From a virus, in the IMG/VR virus record IMGVR_UViG_3300022928_002150, positions 31,809 to 95,808 of that record: a DNA stretch of 64,000 nucleotides; one strand, written 5' to 3'. Positions within the stretch are counted from its first letter, which is position 1, and the number at the start of each line of letters is the position of its first letter. Positions 58,843 through 64,000 of the stretch are shown piece by piece. The translations under genes were made by a program, and so were the position numbers. The notes beneath the pieces were generated by a model. That model made no database searches. It saw only the letters and a program-made list of their open reading frames with translations, and had not been told where the DNA came from.

Positions 58843-59279
58843 TACTCTTCAGACACTCCTATTCCTACTTTTGTTCGAACAGGTAGGGTCATTTTGACTT
58901 CTCTAACTCCCTCGTGATTTTCGGGAACAAGGTCTCCTAGGCTGATGGCCCCGTCCTGACCCCGCTGCGATTCTTCTGATAACTGATTAAGACCAGCAAG
59001 AACTTCTGCCCACTCTTCTTCAGTTACCTTCTTTTCTGGGTTGTGGTGCCCTGGAGCTACTCTAGAGTAAGATACGAGCTCTTCTCCTTCTCTACCTCTA
59101 TTTGTGTTGCCATCTGCGTTTAACTCTGTCATTTCCTGACAGGTCTCTTTGAAGTTCATGAAATCCTCCTTTTCATCAACTACTTGCACGTTTTCATCTT
59201 TCAGCGAAGAAAGAGTTTTATTGTACTTTTTATTTAAAACCTCTAATGCCTCTAGTTTGTTTTTAGTTCTTACTTTCAT
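58842..59279 (-). CDS. Hypothetical protein
   Basis: ELNADGN..RGR motif; start uncertain. Confidence 0.5.
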   Translation of the reverse strand: MKVRTKNKLEALEVLNKKYNKTLSSLKDENVQVVDEKEDFMNFKETCQEMTELNADGNTNRGREGEELVSYSRVAPGHHNPEKKVTEEEWAEVLAGLNQLSEESQRGQDGAISLGDLVPENHEGVREVKMTLPVRTKVGIGVSEE

Positions 59280-59371
59280 GCTACCTGTTCTACCATTAGA
59301 AATAGCGCATAAAAGCCTATAAAACCTACTGCTAGTACGTCTAGCCATTCTCTCCACGTCCAATCTTTCAT
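59276..59371 (-). CDS. 31-aa membrane peptide (not in ORF track)
   Basis: MKDWTWREWLDVLAVGFIGFYALFLMVEQVA, coupled at both ends. Confidence 0.5.
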   Translation of the reverse strand: MKDWTWREWLDVLAVGFIGFYALFLMVEQVA

Positions 59372-59751
59372 TATAGTATTCCTTCTATCATATTCATTAA
59401 TACAGCAGTACCACTTACAGCACTGCCTATCATGATTGCTTTGTCATTCCAAACACTACCTACAAATACCCAGCTGCAAGCAGCCACGAAGTAAGCAAGT
59501 TGCCCAACATTTTCAAATCCTGCACTCATGAGAAATACGCCAGTCACTCCAAAGAGTGTAGCAGCCCACTTCACATAGCTATCAATAGTACCAGTAGGTG
59601 TTACTGGTGTCATGTCATCTACTTGAGCTTGCAGTTCCTCCATCTCATGCTTGAGCCGCTTCTTCTCTGCATTGAGCTCCATAGCAAGACGACCAGCTTT
59701 AGACATCGTACTGTCTTGAAACTTTTCTTTTATCTCTTTATCTTCGATCAC
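59371..59751 (-). CDS. Coiled-coil plus 3-TM membrane protein
   Basis: GTG after AAGGAG; three hydrophobic helices. Confidence 0.6.
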   Translation of the reverse strand: MIEDKEIKEKFQDSTMSKAGRLAMELNAEKKRLKHEMEELQAQVDDMTPVTPTGTIDSYVKWAATLFGVTGVFLMSAGFENVGQLAYFVAACSWVFVGSVWNDKAIMIGSAVSGTAVLMNMIEGIL

Positions 59752-59938
59752 CGTCGTAAGCTCCTTCCATATACGTTCCTGGCACACTGAAATATGCTCT
59801 CACTACATGAAGCGAGCGTAGTAATGCGTCATCTTGCCAATAGTTTGGAGCTACTTCATCCATCGCCATCTCAATAGCAGCATCAAGTTCTTCTAGCACA
59901 ATCTTGTCCAGCCCTTCACTTGTAATATACTCTCTCAT
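59738..59938 (-). CDS. Hypothetical protein
   Basis: ORF downstream of tmRNA. Confidence 0.55.
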   Translation of the reverse strand: MREYITSEGLDKIVLEELDAAIEMAMDEVAPNYWQDDALLRSLHVVRAYFSVPGTYMEGAYDGDRR

Positions 59939-59964
59939 TTTTTTGCCTTTTGCTATTAAAAAAA

Positions 59965-60268
59965 TTCGTCCCACACTTTGATGACAAGGCAGTGGGCTCC
60001 TCGCAAGATTAGGCCGCTAAGGCGAGCTCTTGTTCGTAAACGTCGTTTGCGTTTATTTTAGGTTTTCGTCCATTTACGGGAGGTTGCTGCCCGATTCTCC
60101 ACTTGCTTTTCGATTGCTTGTCGATACTGAGTTCAGCCCCGTCAAAAACACATAGGCTGCGAAACTGTTGAGTTTATCGACTTACTTTGTATTCCTATGT
60201 GCTTTTGGTGGAGCTGACGGGACTTGCACCCGTGTCCAAACTTTCTATTACAAGTTTCTACGAATATT
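59965..60268 (-). ncRNA. ssrA: Circularly permuted (two-piece) tmRNA; tag ANDVYEQELALAA
   Basis: Acceptor piece GGACACGGGTGCAAGTCCCGTCAGCTCCACCA (60237-60206) precedes GGGGCTG 5' end (60140); G3.U70 pair; tag frame 60050-60009. Confidence 0.92.
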
Positions 60269-60451
60269 TTAGTCTGCGATGCACCAGTGTCGAACTGTCG
60301 AAGGCACGAAACCGCAGATATTTTTTACCCAGTCTAAAGATGCAGGGTCTATAGAATAGTCTCGTCCGCCGTAGCGTACTACAAATTTTTCTGGAACTTC
60401 ACAGGGAAATCCGTACTTTTCACCTTCGTCAAAGGTTAGAAAAACTCTCAT
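60269..60451 (-). CDS. Hypothetical protein, probably cotranscribed with tmRNA
   Basis: KYGFP motif; downstream of promoter. Confidence 0.55.
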   Translation of the reverse strand: MRVFLTFDEGEKYGFPCEVPEKFVVRYGGRDYSIDPASLDWVKNICGFVPSTVRHWCIAD

Positions 60452-60481
60452 TCTTTTCTTTCTCTTTTTTGATTTACAACT

Positions 60482-60510
60482 ATTATACCTGTTTTTATTT
60501 TCAAAGTCAA
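60482..60510 (-). promoter_or_regulatory. Sigma70-type promoter (drives ORF and tmRNA)
   Basis: TTGACT-17-TATAAT. Confidence 0.85.
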
Positions 60511-60602
60511 GAATATTTTTTAGCATAGCACAAATAAAATATTTTTTAGTTTCTGTATTCCCGCTCAACGCATTCTACCGATCACCTGGTCAAAAATATT
60601 AC

Positions 60603-60631
60603 TTGTAATATGCCAAAAGGTATGATAAAAT
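60603..60631 (+). promoter_or_regulatory. Promoter for + strand non-coding unit
   Basis: TTGTAA-17-TAAAAT with TGn extended -10 and AAAAATATTAC upstream. Confidence 0.65.
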
Positions 60632-60637
60632 TTATTT

Positions 60638-60976
60638 CTAATCGTAAGATTAATTCGGTAAGTCATTATTTCTTACCAACTCATACGAACAAATCATAAT
60701 GCATTATTTCGTACAAGAACAACGTCGAATCCTTGAAGAGAAGACGTTGTGCTACTACGGGATTTATGCAAGATATGATGAGTGAGTGACATCCACGTAA
60801 AAGCTAAATTTAAACTAAAACGAATTCGGTAACTATTTTGACCAAACTGTCTTGACCACGTAATGGTCAAATATATTCGTTTTAAACCCGCCTCAATTTC
60901 CTCTAACTTAACTCAAAATTTATACTTTTTTTCCAACATCCCCAATTTGATCCAATTCGCGATGGGTCGTTTTTTG
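60638..60976 (+). ncRNA. Putative structured ncRNA or replication origin
   Basis: No ORF; several hairpins including a ~110-nt irregular rod; terminator-like hairpin plus T run at end. Confidence 0.5.
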
Positions 60977-61107
60977 CTTTTTAACTGCAAAGCTTTTTAA
61001 CAATTACTTTTAATTTGTTCTACTTGTGGTAGGGCCACTAGTTACATTAGAATTATACAAGAGGTGCTAGAACCCCGCTTCTATGTTCAGAAACGGGTAT
61101 TGTAGCT

Positions 61108-61491
61108 CTAGGTGATTAAAAATTCGTCTGAAGGAGACCTGTAAGGGTCTTGAGGGGTATCAGTCTGTTGAGCACCCGCTGTAGCTTTAGTTAGGGCGTC
61201 TTCTAGTGCTTTTAATGAGGCTTTTGGAGCTTTATCAAGCCCTGTAAGGGACTCTGGCTCGCATAAGAGCATATCTGCAATTGAATTTACAATTTCTACT
61301 TTCGTGATCGGCACATCACCAGTCTTAGATCTATAGACTTCTCTTCGGTACACGCCTTCGCGTGAGAGTTTTCCGATTACTGATTTCGTACTTTTTCTAT
61401 ACTTTTCTGCAAGCGCAGACACAGTTTCCTTGCTTGGATTTCGCACATACTCTTGTATAAGAGCCTGAGCCTCCTCCTGGCTATAGTTCAT
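61108..61491 (-). CDS. A2/D3-like HTH DNA-binding protein
   Basis: NY....Y..NP..ETV..LA....K...S.I.KLSREGVY. Confidence 0.65.
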   Translation of the reverse strand: MNYSQEEAQALIQEYVRNPSKETVSALAEKYRKSTKSVIGKLSREGVYRREVYRSKTGDVPITKVEIVNSIADMLLCEPESLTGLDKAPKASLKALEDALTKATAGAQQTDTPQDPYRSPSDEFLIT

Positions 61492-61512
61492 ATTAGTATC
61501 TCCTTTTCAGGG

Positions 61513-61809
61513 TTATGGGTTGGGTATTTCTGGGGATTCTAGAGTAAAGTTACCTTCTTCATCTGAATAAACTGTTACGACCCCGTACTCTAGATAACGT
61601 ATCTCAGTATTCTCTAGCCCTACATGTGAGATATAATTATGTAGAATCTTTTTATATTCTCCTTCAAGCTCTATCGCCTTCTCTTCTATCTGCAAAGCTG
61701 CCATTTCTAGCTGTGCGAGTGCGTCGTAGTACTCCTCTAATTCAATAGATTTTTCGTCTAAGTTATGCTTTAGGGTTCGGTTAACAGGGAACGGGATTAT
61801 ATTGGACAT
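61513..61809 (-). CDS. Hypothetical coiled-coil protein
   Basis: MSNIIPFP start motif. Confidence 0.6.
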   Translation of the reverse strand: MSNIIPFPVNRTLKHNLDEKSIELEEYYDALAQLEMAALQIEEKAIELEGEYKKILHNYISHVGLENTEIRYLEYGVVTVYSDEEGNFTLESPEIPNP

Positions 61810-61810
61810 T

Positions 61811-61990
61811 TTAACTCTCCAAAATTTGTATCACAATTTGTCCTTTTTCAACAAATATATCTACATCTGTGTTGTCAGACAAATTGAAGGTACTACAAAT
61901 CTCTGCGGGGATGTTAAATAATATATTCTCATTATCCCCTGGGATATTCTCAAACACCTCCTCAAAGGCATATTGATACTTCGTCTTCAT
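61811..61990 (-). CDS. AbrB/MazE-like small DNA-binding protein
   Basis: IP.EI.......D.V.I.VE.G.IVI. Confidence 0.5.
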   Translation of the reverse strand: MKTKYQYAFEEVFENIPGDNENILFNIPAEICSTFNLSDNTDVDIFVEKGQIVIQILES

Positions 61991-62024
61991 AAATTTTTCC
62001 AAAATTTTTTCAGGTGAAAAACAA

Positions 62025-62053
62025 ATTATATGATACTTTTGTTAAAAAGTCAA
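62025..62053 (-). promoter_or_regulatory. Sigma70-type phage promoter
   Basis: TTGACT-17-TATAAT. Confidence 0.85.
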
Positions 62054-62077
62054 GAACTTTTTTCGTTGATGTGATAT

Positions 62078-62117
62078 AAAAAAAGACCCTCAAAGGAGAA
62101 AACTCCAAAGAGGGCCA
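62078..62117 (-). terminator. Terminator of ncRNA unit
   Basis: GGCCCTC-TTT-GGAG-TTTT-CTCC-TTT-GAGGGTC-TTTTTTT. Confidence 0.8.
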
Positions 62118-62492
62118 TAAACACAGCTATATGCTGTTTGTTTTAAGACTCGTAGCAGTCAATAGCAATTTTCGAGTCTGTTCCTGCTGGCTTTTTATAT
62201 ACCATTTAGGATTGGTATGTCCCCATCCTTCGTACATACCTGCTACTCCACACAATAGGTAGGGCTATATTAGAGTAACCCAATCGGTCTTTTGTTTGAT
62301 CCAGATACCGACGATGTGAAACTGGAGGGCAACTCTCAGTGTTGTCCCGCGACTGACGTACACAGTATTTTTCGTCTGCTGTACATGGCATTGACGTCCC
62401 GTTATAAAGCCCATAAGGGGATTTTTTGTCGTTGTTATAGTCTCCGACCTGACCCGTTAACAAACATTTCGTGTTGTTAACTCTTATCTCAT
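62078..62492 (-). ncRNA. Putative large structured ncRNA (~415 nt) of unknown class
   Basis: Own promoter and terminator; about ten stems, GAAA loops, H-type pseudoknot; no credible ORF. Confidence 0.65.
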
Positions 62493-62498
62493 GTAACT

Positions 62499-62528
62499 AT
62501 TATACAAACATTTTGACCAAAATGTCAA
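62499..62528 (-). promoter_or_regulatory. Promoter for ncRNA unit
   Basis: TTGACA-18-TATAAT. Confidence 0.8.
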
Positions 62529-62542
62529 GAGAAATTTTAACC

Positions 62543-62752
62543 TCAGGTCAATAATTTCTTTTTTCGAAGGTTAAGCTCTTTTCGAGCTTTTACTCTGAGT
62601 TTTTTCTCGAGTCTTCGGAGATCAGAGTCTGGCTTATTACAAAGCTCCTCAAGCTCTGAGGTCTTTACTCCAGCAATAGAAAATACTTTTATAGTCTTCG
62701 TATTTGTTTTTCTGTCGAAAAAAATTTCGTTTGGTTTCCATTTTACAGCCAT
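62543..62752 (-). CDS. Hypothetical basic protein
   Basis: AAGGAG RBS. Confidence 0.6.
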   Translation of the reverse strand: MAVKWKPNEIFFDRKTNTKTIKVFSIAGVKTSELEELCNKPDSDLRRLEKKLRVKARKELNLRKKKLLT

Positions 62753-62762
62753 TAGTATCTCC

Positions 62763-62996
62763 TTAACTAAAGTCTAGTTCTAATTGTTGAGGCCCGAACG
62801 GGTAGTCAATTACTGGTAACATTACTGCTTTTGCAACTCTATCTACAAACCAGTTTAAATCATCACCAAGTTCGGGTATAATTGTCACTTCTGATGTTGT
62901 CATTAGTACTGGCTGCATATCCTCAAAATGTACTTCTCGCAGCTTTACTATTCCCGATTCTTTTACAAGTCTATAAGACCAAAAATTACCATTCAT
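62763..62996 (-). CDS. Hypothetical protein
   Basis: W.YR......EV motif; QLELDF end. Confidence 0.6.
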   Translation of the reverse strand: MNGNFWSYRLVKESGIVKLREVHFEDMQPVLMTTSEVTIIPELGDDLNWFVDRVAKAVMLPVIDYPFGPQQLELDFS

Positions 62997-63028
62997 ATAT
63001 TGCCTTCCATGAGAAAGTAAAAAAAGAT

Positions 63029-63331
63029 TTACGCGTTGTTGTTAAAGGTTAGCACCAATGCTTCTAGGTCGTTCTTAGAAGCTTTTGATAAGCTAGGCAA
63101 AGATACCCCTGTTACTTCTTCAATATGTCGTACTAAAGTCTCTTTGGTTACACCGTCGCTCTTGCGAACAGGAACCTGGGGTATATATACGCCTTCTCGA
63201 GAGAGCTTAGCAATAATGCTTCGTGGAGTTTTTTCGAATTGAACTGCGAGTGCCTCTACAGTTTCACGAGTTGGGTTTTGTACATATACGCTAGTTATCT
63301 CCAAAGTCATTTCTTCTGTGTAATTACTCAT
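63029..63331 (-). CDS. A2/D3-like HTH protein, paralogue of 61108-61491
   Basis: NP.RETVEALA...KTPRSIIAKLSREGVY. Confidence 0.65.
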   Translation of the reverse strand: MSNYTEEMTLEITSVYVQNPTRETVEALAVQFEKTPRSIIAKLSREGVYIPQVPVRKSDGVTKETLVRHIEEVTGVSLPSLSKASKNDLEALVLTFNNNA

Positions 63332-63381
63332 TAGTTTTAATTTTTCCTTTAAATTTGTTTGTTTTCTTAATTTATGTAGCT

Positions 63382-63410
63382 ATTATAGTAGTATTTAGGT
63401 TATTTGTCAA
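63382..63410 (-). promoter_or_regulatory. Sigma70-type phage promoter
   Basis: TTGACA-17-TATAAT. Confidence 0.85.
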
Positions 63411-63832
63411 GAACTTTTTTTCTTTTGCTTATTAATTTTTTTCATTACTAAGTGCTCAAAAGCTCTTTCTAATCCACGAGCTTCTACTTCGTATGGATCA
63501 AACCAATAACCATATCGATGTGGAGGGAAAGTTTCTAAGCCTTCTTTTGTCATTTGAAACGCATGAACACACTCATGCGCTACTATGCCTATAAGTAGTC
63601 CTTCGTCTATATTATTTTCTACCATCCACAGCTTATTTAGTACAACAGTATACTCATGAAACGCATCTACAGTTTCTAACTCTGCATATCTATCTGGATC
63701 CATCCCACTAACGCCTAGGTTAATAATCGGCATATCAAATTTTTCGTACTTGTGGGCAAACCCGTCTATTACTTTCTCAAAATGTTTTACCACAACATCA
63801 ATAGTCAACAAGCATAAATCCATTTTATCCAT
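63407..63832 (-). CDS. Putative zinc metallopeptidase
   Basis: AHECVH..Q and P.E.EA motifs. Confidence 0.7.
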   Translation of the reverse strand: MDKMDLCLLTIDVVVKHFEKVIDGFAHKYEKFDMPIINLGVSGMDPDRYAELETVDAFHEYTVVLNKLWMVENNIDEGLLIGIVAHECVHAFQMTKEGLETFPPHRYGYWFDPYEVEARGLERAFEHLVMKKINKQKKKSS

Positions 63833-63999
63833 TACCAATTTCCTTCCTTTAACCAATCCGCATCGTAGATGTGTCCAATCCAACCTCCATACATTTCTAG
63901 TACATCGTGGTCAGAACACCCTTCTGCTTCTTCAGCACCTAATTCTACTAACTCGTCTCTCAGCTCTTTCATAAACTTCTTGAGCTCTCGAAAATCAGG
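63832..63999 (-). CDS. Hypothetical protein (5' truncated by window)
   Basis: Open frame ending TAATG-coupled to the peptidase. Confidence 0.5.
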   Translation of the reverse strand, partial: PDFRELKKFMKELRDELVELGAEEAEGCSDHDVLEMYGGWIGHIYDADWLKEGNW

Positions 64000-64000
64000 G

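Noticed and set aside
60206-60237. tRNA gene or attP-like tRNA 3' fragment
   Set aside because: No upstream D or anticodon arm; its pairing partner lies downstream with a tag frame, so it is the acceptor piece of a permuted tmRNA; no integrase in the window
62206-62480. 85-aa (-) and 62-aa (+) ORFs in the track
   Set aside because: TTG starts inside stems, no RBS, atypical composition; better explained as structured RNA
62078-62492. Group I intron or RNase P RNA
   Set aside because: GAGACTAT and ATATAGCC resemble P7 elements but mismatch and no gene is interrupted; RNase P GAGGAAAGUCC and CGGCUUA motifs are absent
1-64000. Alternative genetic code
   Set aside because: Conserved genes are full length under the standard code and TAA, TAG and TGA all serve as stops

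Overview
A 64-kb piece of a lytic T5-like siphophage genome (Demerecviridae-like gene order), AT-rich and probably aquatic; the very typical IscU suggests a proteobacterial host (inference). 1-21.5 kb (+) is tail morphogenesis: T5-like completion, terminator, tube, frameshifted chaperones and tape measure, joined to a lambda-type tip (three gpM-like paralogues, gpL, gpK, gpI, gpJ fused to a fibre and S74 chaperone). 21.5-47.9 kb (-) holds nrdAB, the T5 D15-D2 replication block (PolA, primase, helicase, split NAD ligase, PhoH), thyX, iscU, a DUF2589 pair, a tiny BFD-like ferredoxin, endolysin/holin and Hsp20. 48-57.6 kb (+) has a cell-wall hydrolase, ribosomal protein bS21, an NTP pyrophosphatase and a separately promoted 8-kb operon that looks like an extra virion fibre/filament module. 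57.6-64 kb (-) has small early-type genes plus an RNA island: a circularly permuted (two-piece) tmRNA with tag ANDVYEQELALAA and two promoter-to-terminator, ORF-free, highly structured transcription units (~340 and ~415 nt) of unknown class. No tRNA, CRISPR, integrase, intron or IS was seen. Family assignments come from motif recognition and synteny by eye, not from database searches.
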